Assembly: GCF_001194135.2 (NCBI RefSeq)
Contig: NC_068981.1
Coordinates: 18,195,382-18,259,381 of the forward strand
Reading direction: 5' to 3'
DNA: 64,000 nucleotides
DNA from: Octopus bimaculoides
Taxonomy: Eukaryota
Position 1 is the stretch's first letter. Every line of letters starts with the position of its first letter. The position numbers were made by a program, and so were the translations under genes. Below are positions 51,607 through 64,000 of the stretch, in pieces. Under the pieces are notes generated by a model that saw only the letters and a list, made by a program, of their open reading frames with translations, was not told where the DNA came from and did not search any database.

Positions 51607-52619
51607 GAGAGATTTGCAGTATTGGTGGTGGGGATGGGTGCACTGCAAATAAACCAACCATGGATCTCATGCATGGGGACAAACAGAAGGCAGTCTTAGG
51701 CAAGGCATCCAGTGAGAGAAAACCTGCCTCATTGAAATCCACCTGACCCATGCAAGCACGATAAAGTCAACTTCAAAATGACGACGATGGTGATATTATA
51801 GAGAACAACTTTGTCATTCATCATTCTAGTCTTAGTAGAATAAATCACCAATTAAAGAATGATATATTCAACAATATTCTCTGTGTCTGTAGTAGGATTC
51901 ATTACTGCTGTAGTCTCTGTCAGTTATTTTTAACAATATACATTGAAGTAACAATATAGATTAGCTTCGAAAATAGTATTACTTATTCTACACAAGCTAA
52001 AAATGTTAGCTATACACATTTTCCCATGACAACAATGAAAAGTGCTTGATTTAAAAAAAAAATCTTTTTCAAGAATCCCAAGAGGAAGTCTAATTGAAGA
52101 ATTTGTAATCTGAAATGTGGTTAGTCATTAATAGTTAAACTGTTAATCTGTGTCACATTGCAGTAGTAGATGTTTGGTGAAAAGATACAGGGCTAGAGAT
52201 TGATATTTTCATAGCTGCATCAATGTTTTTTGAAAATGCATGCATACTTAAGCAACTCATTGATAGGTGTGTATATACATACATATATACATGTGTGTGT
52301 GTATCATATATATATATATATATATGCACACATATATATTCATATGTGCATATACATATATACATATACACGTATGTTTGTGTATATATTTTTATGTTTA
52401 ATGTATATGTAAACACACACATACATGTATGTATATGTTATATACCTGTGTGTGTGTGAAAGTGTACATGTATACTTACAGACATGGAGTAACGAGGGCA
52501 TGACATTTGTGAAGTTGTGAATGGAGATGAAATGACCCTAATGAACCTAGCTGATTAATTGATTAACCAAATGATTAATCAAACTATTGAATAGTTAATT
52601 GATTAATGGTTAACTAGTT

Positions 52620-54180
52620 AACAGAATCAGAACATGTGTTTCTCATTGACACAATGAATGACCCTTGGCACATAGTTTCAAGTCATCCAGAAAGAAGCAG
52701 TGTGTAATTTTGGTTTATCTGTTTCCTTGTGAGCCAGTGATATATACTTCATGTATGTCATTATCCAGTTTATTTCAAGATTTCATGCCAATAGAGAAAG
52801 AACCAATTTCTAACTGAGATCCAAGGCTCCTTCATTAGAATTTCAACATCAACAACAGGGTATTTTTGTTTGTGTGNNNNNNNNNNNNNNNNNNNNNNNN
52901 NNNNNNNNNNNNNNNNNNNNNNNNNNNNNNNNNNNNNNNNNNNNNNNNNNNNNNNNNNNNNNNNNNNNNNNNNNNNNNNNNNNNNNNNNNNNNNNNNNNN
53001 NNNNNNNNNNNNNNNNNNNNNNNNNNNNNNNNNNNNNNNNNNNNNNNNNNNNNNNNNNNNNNNNNNNNNNNNNNNNNNNNNNNNNNNNNNNNNNNNNNNN
53101 NNNNNNNNNNNNNNNNNNNNNNNNNNNNNNNNNNNNNNNNNNNNNNNNNNNNNNNNNNNNNNNNNNNNNNNNNNNNNNNNNNNNNNNNNNNNNNNNNNNN
53201 NNNNNNNNNNNNNNNNNNNNNNNNNNNNNNNNNNNNNNNNNNNNNNNNNNNNNNNNNNNNNNNNNNNNNNNNNNNNNNNNNNNNNNNNNNNNNNNNNNNN
53301 NNNNNNNNNNNNNNNNNGTTCTCTTTTTCACTGATCTTCAGCTTTATGTTAACATCCTCTGCGCAGCTAATTTCCACAACTGCGCACAATTTCTCTTCTC
53401 TATCCCAAATCGTTATATCAGGTCTGTTGTGCTTACATTTTATTGGGGTCTTCACTGGTACATTCCACCAGTATTCCTTTTCATTATGAGTGGCTATGGC
53501 GTCTACCATATTGTGGGTTCTTATTTCTTTGTCCTTGGGATTATCCTTCCGATGGATTTCATTATAGAGTGTCCTAGCTACAACACCACGTCTCATTGGT
53601 AGATAATACCGTGATGACATTTTCGGACAACTGCTTATGATGTGAGTGATATCTTCAGTGTGAACTCCACAAAGTCTGCATCAGTTGTCACATTTTACCT
53701 GTAAAACGGAGAAGAATTTAGAAAACTTAATCAGATACAGGGGAAACAGTCAAATCATTAATGGAGACGTTACTAGTCTGGTTTATAGTCTTTCCACTTT
53801 TCACAACCATATAACATCATTTATCCTGACCAAACTCCAACCCTACATCCTTTGAGAATGTTGTAACTAGGACAAGGCTCTTTTTCATCTCATGCATATT
53901 CTTTGTATAAAGTTTCAAGTCATCCACAAAGAAACAGCATGTAATTTTGGTATTTCTGTTTTCTTGTGACCCAGTGAGATATCCTTCAAACTTCCTTAAC
54001 ATGAATCAAGGGGTTTACAGAAAATATAAACAACATCACAGAGAGGTTGTCTCCTTGGAATATGCCTTTGTGATACTGTATTCTATTGGTGATAATACAG
54101 TCACTCTTTGTGTTTAATTTCAAGGATGGTGACCCATGATGAAGTCAGATCAGCTATGGCTTTGACTATTCTCACTGGAA
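52620..54180 (-). mobile_element. R4/Dong-type LINE (RT remnant, CCHC knuckle, RLE endonuclease, 3' UTR) followed by a second truncated copy
   Basis: 'ITCCFFVDDLKLY', 'CRLCGVHTEDITHIISSC' and 'KHNRPDITIWDREEKLCAVVEISC'. The 3' UTR is 52750-52876, and a second 'FFLDDLKL' lies at 52640-52745. Confidence 0.85.
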
Positions 54181-55959
54181 CTTTAGCAAGTTGAAGTTAT
54201 GTATGTATGTATGTATGTATGTATGTATGTATGTATATGTGTGTGTGTGTGTGTGTGTGTATCTATATACACATATACATGTGCCCATGCACATACACAC
54301 ACACACACAGAGTTGTCCGATAAGTTTTCCTAAGTCACCCATATACTAGGTTATAGAATGGGTATATTATTTATACAGTGTTATATATTTAGTCTCATGA
54401 TAGACAATTCATGATACCAAATAGTTTTGAGTTACAGAACCTTTGAAATATAGAAGGGTAAGTTAACAGTTGGTAGACTTGTCTTAATGGAATAGTAAAA
54501 CCTGGGCAGGTTCTGTTTTGGAGATTAAAACACCACATCCAGTTTACAAGTCTTAAAATTCTAAAAAAAATTAATAATGCTGGAAGAAACCCAGGGATGA
54601 AAACAAAGCACAAAAAGAAACAATACAACTGTTGGGCTTAAGGACAAGCCTTGTCTTTTGACTGTGTTTTTCCATCTCTGGAATTCATTCTCTTTTATTC
54701 TTTTACTCTTTTACTTGTTTCAGTCTTTTTGACTGTGGCCATGCTGGAGCACTGCCTTTAGTCGAGCAAATCGACCCCAGGACTTATTCTTTGTAAGCCT
54801 AGTACTTATTCTATCGGTTTCCTTTGCTGAACCGCTAAGTTACGGGGACATAAACACACCAGCATTGGTTGTCAAGCGATGATGGGGGGACAAACACAGA
54901 CACACAAACACATACACACACATATATATATATATATATATACATACATATATACGACANNNNNNNNNNNNNNNNNNNNNNNAGGCTTCTTTCAGTTTCC
55001 GTCTACCAAATCCACTCACAAGGCTTTGGTCGGCCCGAGGCTATAGTAGAAGACACTTGCCCAAGATGCCACACAGTGGAACTGAACCCGGGACCATGTG
55101 GTTGGTAAGCAAGCTACTTACCACACAGCCACTCCTACGCCTAGTCATTTTTTCACAATGTCTCTGAGATTTGTAAACTGGATGTGGTGCTTACAAATCT
55201 CCAGTGCAAAAAAACCTAAGTTGTATATTTCCAGTTAGCAATGTCTGATGACTGTTAACTTATCTTGCCATACTTGGAAGCCTCGTAAACATGAAACCAT
55301 TTTCTGATTTCAATTATCTTTTACACATGCACACATACATGCATACATAGATACACACTGAGACACATGCATGCGCAAAAAAAAAAAAAAAAGCAAAAAC
55401 AGAACGCAATGTAAATAACGGACAGAGTCAAGACTATTGAAAAGGTTGCAAGACACAACGAAAATTTTAGGAAAATAAAAATAATAAGTGGAAATTTTAA
55501 CGGTGAGTGTGTTAAATTTTAAGGCACGATAAGAAAATGACTCTCCCCAGACACAACAGAATATGCTTCAACACACGAAATCACATAAAAAATCTTGCAA
55601 ACCAAATCCCAAAACGAAAAATTATCTTTTAGTTTTCTAAATTCTTCTCAGGTTTGCATTGTGTTTTAAAAGTAGACTTTAATTAATTATTTTAGAGGCC
55701 TCAATATTCACAAGGTTATATGTTAAAATATAAGGTAAAAACCTTATTTCACTTCTTAAATCAATTGTATTAATTGCCTCTGCTTTGTATATTACAACAT
55801 TAATTAATGATGGTGTGAATGATGTTTTTCAATCAAAATACCTTTCAGTTTCTCTTATCTTTTCTTTCACATGTTTGGATTTCATATGATGGTACATATT
55901 CATTTTGCTAGATCCAATAGAGTACTGATTCTCATGTGTTTCAGATGCCATTAAGTTTA

Positions 55960-56760
55960 AGTAAGAGGTAAATATTACTTTGTGTCTGTTGGTTTATAAT
56001 ATACACTTGTTTTTACCCTAATCAATTTATTTCTAAAAAGGATGTTATGTATTTGCTGTATTCAATAGTAAACTGGATGTTATTGTTAATACTAGTTTTG
56101 AAAGTCTTAAATTTGGAATGTCTATTCAATTTTTTTCCCATTAATCTAAATATCTTTTCCAGTATTCCATTAAGTAATTGCCTAAATGTTTCATATATCT
56201 TCCTCTTGGCATATGCTGGGGTTATTTTGGTTCACATTGCTGCTCTAAAATTTTTGTTGTATAATGTTAGATCAAAATTATAAAAAACAGAAATTGATGA
56301 ATAAATTGAAGTCCTTCAATAATAAATGCATTTTATGTGGTCTGGTAATTCATGAGAACATTTATTAAACCAAAAATACTTGCTTCTGTTCCATATTCAT
56401 GTAATATATTTGTATACAAGTTAACCACATCAAAAGAATCTATTAAGGTTTCTTCATTTGTTGTACATGGAAAATGGTTTAATATATATCCAAGTCATCT
56501 CTTGTGTCACTTTGTATGTTTCAAATATATTTTCGCAATATGTCTGAAAAATTACTCACTCGATTGATGTCACTAGATGGACCTGCCTCCATTAGTTTTA
56601 ATTCTAATGTAAATATCAACATTTGGGAAGACACAGTTGTCCTCGTCTCTGAATATTTGAAGTAAATAGCTTTACCTACTTCGTTATCAAACGTGTCAAA
56701 AAATGACACTATTTTAAGTTGATACACAATAGTATATCGTAACAGAAAGCTAACATCCAG
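55960..56760 (-). mobile_element. Penelope-like element reverse transcriptase fossil
   Basis: 'ETLIDSFDVVNLYTNILHEYG', 'AM*TKITPAYA', 'WKRYLD' and 'INNNIQFTIEYS...TSVYYKPTDTK*YL' are PLE RT motifs. Confidence 0.8.
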
Positions 56761-57089
56761 GCGTTACACATGCATAGTACAATAACTATCTTTTATAATG
56801 AGTGAAACAGATACAGAAGAATATAGTTTGGAACATATAATAATGTATTTGAAACAGTTTGACTGTAATAATGCATTTTGGAATAATATTAATCAATTAT
56901 GAATCATAAAGAATTGTTCATATTCTTTCCTTTATTATTTTTACCTCATATGTGTGTCTGTGTGTATATGTGTGTGTGAATATATATATTCCATTACATA
57001 TATGTGTACAAACATATATGGAATGGAAAATATACAAGTGATGCATTTCTTTAGAATAATTGATGCATCAGCTCTCTACAATCTTGCAA

Positions 57090-57560
57090 TAAGTGCATTT
57101 TCTTAACTTTTCAACATAAACTGGGTGTTGCTGATAATTATATGATCGATTCCTTTCAATATAGGCTCCATACAACGTTACCAAAATGGAGCTGCTGTTT
57201 TTGAAACTTATCTTTAAGTCTGTTGACTAAGTAAACACCATTGCTTGTATTTATCAAACACAATCTCCTAGAATTCTCATCCAAACCAGCCTGCCAGTAT
57301 GCACTATTTAAGTTAATTAAAGAAAAAAAACTTTACTCCTTATACACCAGCGAATATTGTTTTATGATACTGAGTTCAATGGAAGAAGTTTGCGTCTTCT
57401 CATTGAAGCGTACTTTGTAATTAACGCACAATCTTAATTTACCATCTTTTTTCACACCCAAATTATTGGTGATGTCTTGTAGACACCTTCATATGGTTAT
57501 GAGGCTGTAATTCCCATTAGTTGAAGTTTATGAAGTACATTTTCAACCTCATTTTAAAGT
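57090..57560 (-). mobile_element. Ty3/Gypsy reverse transcriptase fossil
   Basis: 'TSPIIWV*KKDGKLRLCVNYK...INLNSAYWQAGLDENSRRLCLINTSNGVYLVNRL'. Confidence 0.8.
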
Positions 57561-58713
57561 ATACTGGAAGGAAATGTGTATGACGAAAAGGTTTTATTTT
57601 CAGTTATCTTCATCTTAAGTCTTTTACTTGCTTTAGTCATTGGACTACAGCCATGGAGGGTTTCAGGTGAACAAATCGAGCCTCATACTTATTTTTAAGC
57701 CTGGGACTTCTTTTAATTGTTTTTTCCCCCTGAACTGTTAAGTTATGGAGGCATAAACAAGCCAGTACCAACTGTCAAGCAGTGGAAGTGTGGGGATGAC
57801 TACAGACACAAAGACAGACATTCATGCATATATACAATGAGCTTCCACACAGTTTTCTTCTACCAAATTCACTTACAAAGCATTGGTCAACACTGGGCTA
57901 TAGTAGAAAATACTTGCCCAAGGTGTCACACAGTGGGACTGAACTTAAAACCATGTGGTTGCAAAAAGCAAGCTTCTTACTTGTACAGTCATGTCCAAGC
58001 CAATCACAAATGCGTTGGTGGCAGGGAACTCATGTCAGATGGAGACATGGCCGTGTTGAATAGAAGCCAATACATTGAAGTTTCCATGTTGTAATATTTG
58101 AGACATTGTAAATAATCAGAGGCAGTAATTACAAAGCTTTCAAAATGTCTGAACTAATTAAACCAATCTTAAAAGAGCTATTAACCACAAAAAAGCTGAA
58201 ATATCGTTTATTTATTCATTTTTGGTTTTGTACCACCAAAGCTGTAGTAGTGCCAAGTACCTCCTATTTTGAGCTATCACAGGAAAATTTAAATGTCTCT
58301 TTGAGATATGTTGATTAGCAGTAACTTTGTGAACAGTGAAGTCAGAAATCTGATGGACCATGCTGTAGCAATTCAATATTCAGTTGGATTTTCAGCAAGA
58401 CGGTTATTCAATTTACAATGAACTTAATGTATATTGTCATTTGTGTCACAACTTACATTCCAAGTTATTTCCCCATCCTCAAACTAGAACTCACAACCTT
58501 TAGCATTAATATAATGCACACACTTAGTAGAATATAATGGTTTGACTTATGGAATGTGCAGGATTGGCTGTGTGGTAAGAAGCTTGCTTCCCAACCACAT
58601 GGTTCTGGGTTCAGTTGTACAGCGTGGCACCTTAGGCAAGTGTCTTCTACTATAGCCTTGGGCCAACTAAAGCCTTGTGAGTGATTTTGTAGACAAAAAC
58701 TGAAAGAAGCCTG

Positions 58714-58771
<58 letters not shown>

Positions 58772-59249
58772 TTGTGTGTCTGTGTTTGTCCCCACATCAT
58801 TGCTTGACAACCGAAGTTGGTTTGTTTACGTCCCCATTCAGCAAAAGAGACTGATAGAATAAGCACTAAGCTTACAAATAATAAGTCCTGGGGTTGATTT
58901 ATTAAAGGCGGTGCTCCAGCATGACTACAGTCAAATGACTAAAAAAGTAAAAGAAAAAGTTTTAAAAATGGGTCAGTTTATCATAAAGCATTTTTTCCAT
59001 GTGTAGGACAGAACCCAGAAGAATGTGATGATCTGCTATTAGTTTCGAATTTTGACACAAGGCCAGCAATTTCAAGGGAGGCATTAAGTTGATTATATTG
59101 AACCCAAGGCTCAACTGGTCCTTATCTTATTGACTGCAAAAGGACAAAAGGCAAAATCAGCCTTGACAGAATTTGAACTCAGAATCATGCCTGGCATGCT
59201 GATGATTCTGTCAGCTCATTGCCCTTGTGATGGACATTATAATCTGCCT

Positions 59250-60060
59250 TTGCTCAGTTAGTTGCTGTTGGCTAAATCTTTCATGACAAGAGTCCTGGTT
59301 TATATCATGAAAGGACATACTTCTGTATTAGAACTAAGCTGTATTACTGATTCAGGAGAAAATATTTGCTCTGGCTACATCACAACAACAAATCTAATGA
59401 TGTCCGAGATGGAATGTTTAGGTAATATTCTCGAACAATTGATGATTTTTATTTTTGTTTAAGCATAATAACCGGTTCCGTTAAGATCTAATTCCAAAAG
59501 CTCTTCTTCTGGGTCATCTCTGATTACACAAAGAAGCAAGCATATTGAACCTTAGCAAGAAATCATTAGCTGCTGCTTCTTGTTTTTGCTTCAAGTCCAA
59601 AAATTTTAACCTTTCTGAGATGGTAAGCCATTCTTCAGATTTAGATATTTTTTCAACTGAAAATTTTAAATCTGCAGTTGCTGTAGGATACAGAACATCT
59701 TTTAGTTTGATGATTGCGTCAATGCCACATAATGGAAGGAATCTTGGTTTAACCAGTTCAGGCTTAGTGTCATCTATAAGCAGTTTTGAGTTAAACAGCA
59801 TTAACATTGCATCCATTTCTTCAGTATTATCAAGATTTAACTGTTTATTAAACTCCAGCTTAGAATCATTAGCTGATTATTAGAGTTACAAATCTTTGAC
59901 ATCAGTTGTCAGATTTAATATTACTATATAAATCCACAACAGTCAGGAAGGATACAATTTCAAATCCTCAAATGTCATTTACAACTGTGTATCATTGTTC
60001 ACCAGCATTATCCAGTCAACAAATCATAAAACTGATTCTACTGGGAAATAGCAAACCATA
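59250..60060 (-). pseudogene. Intronless decayed coding sequence of unidentified protein
   Basis: About 120 stop-free codons (SANDSKLEFNKQ...KPRFLPLCGIDAIIKLKDVLYPTATADLKFSVEKISKSEEWLTISERLKFLD...FNMLASLCNQR). It continues in another frame (DDPEEELLELDLNGTGYYA*) with scattered stops. Confidence 0.45.
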
Positions 60061-61740
60061 TTATTCATGGGTATATATTAACTATAGAACAGAACAAACT
60101 AAGCAAATTTTTAAAACGCTTTATAGGCACAGGTATGGCTGTGTTCTAAGAATTTTGCTTCCTAACCACATGATTCCAGGATTCAGTCCCACTGCATTGC
60201 ATTGCATCTTGTGCAAGTGTCTTCTGTTATAACCTCAGACTGATCAAAGGCTTGTGAGTGGATTTGGTAGATGAAAACTGAAAGACGCTTGTAATATATA
60301 TTTATTTATGTGTGTGTGTCTTTGCATTTTTGTATTTGCCACTCACCACTGCCTGACAGCTGGTGTTGGTGTGTTTACATCCCTGTAACATAGTGGTTCA
60401 GCGAAAGACTTAAAGGAAATGAAAAAAAAAAACACTTGGTTTAATTTGTTTGACTAAAATTTGTCAAGACAGTGCCCTAGCATGGCCACAGTCTAATGAC
60501 TGAGACAAGTAAATGCTAAAATATATATATAGATATACCACCGCCACCGCCACCCACTGCTGCCACCACCACCGCCGCCACCACCACCACCATCATTTAA
60601 CGTCCATGTTCGATGGTGGCATAGTTTGAATGGTTTCACACGATCTGATGGGTACAAAGGCTGCATCTTGGTCCTGTTCTTGCTTAGGCATGGTTGCTAC
60701 TCCTGGATGCCCTTCATAACAGCACTCTGGGTGCATTTTGTCCATGCCCCTAGCTCTAGTTAGGTTGCCATGCCTCTTGCAAGACTACAAAACCCAAGAC
60801 AGAGATGGGTGAGTGGCTTTATGTGACGAGATGAAAAATTACAGTATGAGAGAAGAGAGGTCCAGAGTGCAGCTGTCACCTTTAAATGAATATGGTTTGG
60901 TAAGTTATACATTGCTTTCATTAACTGTTTTAGGTGCTTATGTATTTTGGGGTCATACATAGACATGCCCCTGATTTTCCCACACTTTGACTCAATGTCA
61001 CATCCAGGGTGACGAACGCTCTCAGGTACCTGAATGATGTGCTGAGGTAATAGCGTTGTTTATAATTATCCGTTCAATCTCTCAAATGGCCCAAAGTCAC
61101 ATCACCTCAATACAACTCTCTACTTTTCAGTTGAGGGGGTTCTTGTTTTGTGAGGTATTTGGTGATTCTGATGGTGCTGGTGCCATGTAAAAAGGACACC
61201 CAGTGCACTCTGTAAAGTGGTTGGTGTTAGGAAGGGCATCCAGCTGTAGAAACCAATTCAAAACAGATTATGGAACCTGGTGCAGCTCCTAGCCATAACA
61301 GCTCAGGTTGAACCATCCACCTCATGCCAGCATGGAAAATGGATGTTAAATGATGATGATGATGATGATGATGATATATATTTCCTAATTATCAGACTGG
61401 ACATGCACACACACTCACACAGACACACACACACACACACACACTCACATACACACACACTCCCTCACATACACACAAACTCACACACACATACACACTC
61501 ACATACACCCTCACACATACATGCACACACACACACTCACACACTCACACACACATACACACACACATACACTCTCACAAACACAAACATGCACATGCAC
61601 ACACATACACCCTCACACACACACACACACACTTTTTATGTCCTTCAGTAACAAAGAACCACACCAGCAATCTAAGCTGGATAATCTTCAAAATTTCTTC
61701 TGGCAAAATAATATGGGAACAACTATTGCAAATTTAGAAG

Positions 61741-62114
61741 GAAACCCCAAAACTGAATAGGCCTGAAGCCACACAAATAAACTAAAAGAAAAAAAAAACA
61801 CTGGTTCAATCCTCCTTTCACTTAGTATGGAGACAAATAAAAGTAATACAAGTAATACACACACACACACGTGTGTGTGTGTGTGTGTGTGCACATATCT
61901 TTTATCTTTTATTTGCCTAATCATTAGTCTGTGGCCATGCTGGAGCACCTCCTTGAATAAATTTTAGTCAAAAGAATCACCCCTGGGAATAACCACTATC
62001 ATTTTACAAAGAAGCCCCAAAACTGAATAAGCTTGAAACCACAGAAATGAACTAAAAGATACACTAAATCAATCTGATTCAATCCTCCTTTCTGTCAGAA
62101 TTGAGACAAATGAC
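61741..62114 (+). repeat. ~105-bp diverged direct duplication separated by a (CA/TG)n tract and a SINE tail
   Basis: GAAACCCCAAAACTGAATAGGCCTGAAGCCAC... (61741) versus GAAGCCCCAAAACTGAATAAGCTTGAAACCAC... (62011). Confidence 0.75.
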
Positions 62115-63958
62115 NNNNNNNNNNNNNNNNNNNNNNNNNNNNNNNNNNNNNNNNNNNNNNNNNNNNNNNNNNNNNNNNNNNNNNNNNNNNNNNNNNNNNN
62201 NNNNNNNNNNNNNNNNNNNNNNNNNNNNNNNNNNNNNNNNNNNNNNNNNNNNNNNNNNNNNNNNNNNNNNNNNNNNNNNNNNNNNNNNNNNNNNNNNNNN
62301 NNNNNNNNNNNNNNNNNNNNNNNNNNNNNNNNNNNNNNNNNNNNNNNNNNNNNNNNNNNNNNNNNNNNNNNNNNNNNNNNNNNNNNNNNNNNNNNNNNNN
62401 NNNNNNNNNNNNNNNNNNNNNNNNNNNNNNNNNNNNNNNNNNNNNNNNNNNNNNNNNNNNNNNNNNNNNNNNNNNNNNNNNNNNNNNNNNNNNNNNNNNN
62501 NNNNNNNNNNNNNNNNNNNNNNNNNNNNNNNNNNNNNNNNNNNNNNNNNNNNNNNNNNNNNNNNNNNNNNNNNNNNNNNNNNNNNNNNNNNNNNNNNNNN
62601 NNNNNNNNNNNNNNNNNNNNNNNNNNNNNNNNNNNNNNNNNNNNNNNNNNNNNNNNNNNNNNNNNNNNNNNNNNNNNNNNNNNNNNNNNNNNNNNNNNNN
62701 NNNNNNNNNNNNNNNNNNNNNNNNNNNNNNNNNNNNNNNNNNNNNNNNNNNNNNNNNNNNNNNNNNNNNNNNNNNNNNNNNNNNNNNNNNNNNNNNNNNN
62801 NNNNNNNNNNNNNNNNNNNNNNNNNNNNNNNNNNNNNNNNNNNNNNNNNNNNNNNNNNNNNNNNNNNNNNNNNNNNNNNNNNNNNNNNNNNNNNNNNNNN
62901 NNNNNNNNNNNNNNNATATATATCATCATCATCATCATCATCGTTTAACGTCCGCTTTCCATGCTAGCATGGGTTGGACGATTTGACTGAGGACTGGCAA
63001 GCCAGAAGGCTGCCCCAGGCTCCAATCTGATCCAGCAGAGTTTCTACAGCTGGATGCCTTTCCTAACGCCAACCACTCCAAGAGTGTAGTGGGTGCTTTT
63101 ATGTGCCACCGGCACGAGGGTCAGTCACATGGTACTGGCAATGACCACGCTCAAAAAGGTGTTTTTTACGTGCCACCTGCATGGGAGCTAGTCTAGCGGC
63201 ACTGGCAACGACCTAGCTCGAATGATTTTCTAACGTGTCACCAGCACAAGTGCTAGAAGGTGACGCTGGTAACGATCATGCTCAAATGGTGCTATTTACG
63301 TGGCACTATCACGGAAGCTAGACAGCTGCTCTGGCAATGAACATGCTCAGACAATGCTGTTAGTGCTCCGTTAGTGCAGGTGCCAGTCATCGAGTATGGT
63401 TTAATTATGATTTCGATTTCACTTGCCCCAACAGGTCTTCGCAAGCAAAGTTTAGTGTCCAATGAAGGAGAGGTTGGCATATATATATATATATATATAT
63501 ATATTAATAGTTATCGCCAAGCTAACATGGCAGTTCAGGAAAATAGGACGAATGCTGCCATTGATAATTCCAAGAGGCCATCGCCTCCAGCTAGCTATGT
63601 GATACACAAACCTGTGTCCATTACAACCTTTGAACAGGAGAGTTCAGCAGCTTCCCCTTGCTGGTTCAACACCCACAGACTAGTTTGGAGTGATTGCCCC
63701 TTCGCAATGTGGAGTCTCCGAACCCAGCAATATATATATATATATATATGTCTATGTGTGCATATATGTGTGAGCATATATATCATCATCATTGTTTAAC
63801 GTCTGCTTTCCATGCTGGTATGGGTTTGATGGTTTTGACTGAGGGTTGGTAAGGTACTTTTTAAACAGGCCAGTTATGCAACACTGGCATCTGCCATGGC
63901 TATGATCTCACTTGGTTTGGTGGGTCTTCTCAAGCACAGTATAGCTCCAAAGATCTCA

Positions 63959-64000
<42 letters not shown>

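Noticed and set aside
55425-55502. Candidate exon ending in a perfect donor ACG|GTGAGT
   Set aside because: The acceptor is poor, and the peptide 'KIISGNFN' looks more like a LINE endonuclease relic with no UNC13 similarity.
58337-58428. Possible MUN-domain exon(s) 'EVRNLMDHAVAIQ' or 'QDGYSIYNELN'
   Set aside because: Two incompatible frames are equally weak, and there is no convincing donor.
5970-62967. Long ORFs in the track containing X runs (e.g. 5970-7142, 8541-9248, 14504-15208, 29925-30944, 52835-53620, 62069-62941)
   Set aside because: They are open only because they span N gaps.

Overview
AT-rich, microsatellite-saturated eukaryotic scaffold with about ten sized N-gaps. The SINE/LINE repertoire and (AT)n/(CA)n/(CAT)n/(CATA)n content match my recollection of Octopus genomes (inference). 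Almost all ORFs in the supplied track are artefacts of gaps or microsatellites. The window appears to be mostly intron of one + strand gene. Its short exons (4052-4171, 12640-12708, 19810-19916, 24575-24658, 32369-32410, plus weaker candidates) splice into a protein resembling the C2-to-MUN region of the UNC13/Munc13/BAIAP3 family. The introns hold tRNA-derived SINEs, RTE-LINE fragments and 3' tails, R4/Dong-type LINEs, and fossils of hAT, mariner, Gypsy and Penelope elements. The most interesting signal is a set of 200-750 bp fold-back (palindromic) elements and one 343-bp tandem repeat. Each carries an intact or decayed minimal type-I hammerhead ribozyme motif (CUGANGA...GAAA-palindrome-UH), and the palindromic helix III differs between loci. 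This suggests Penelope-mobilised, retrozyme-like non-autonomous elements. All protein and ribozyme assignments were made by eye and from memory, with no database search. Repeat boundaries are approximate.
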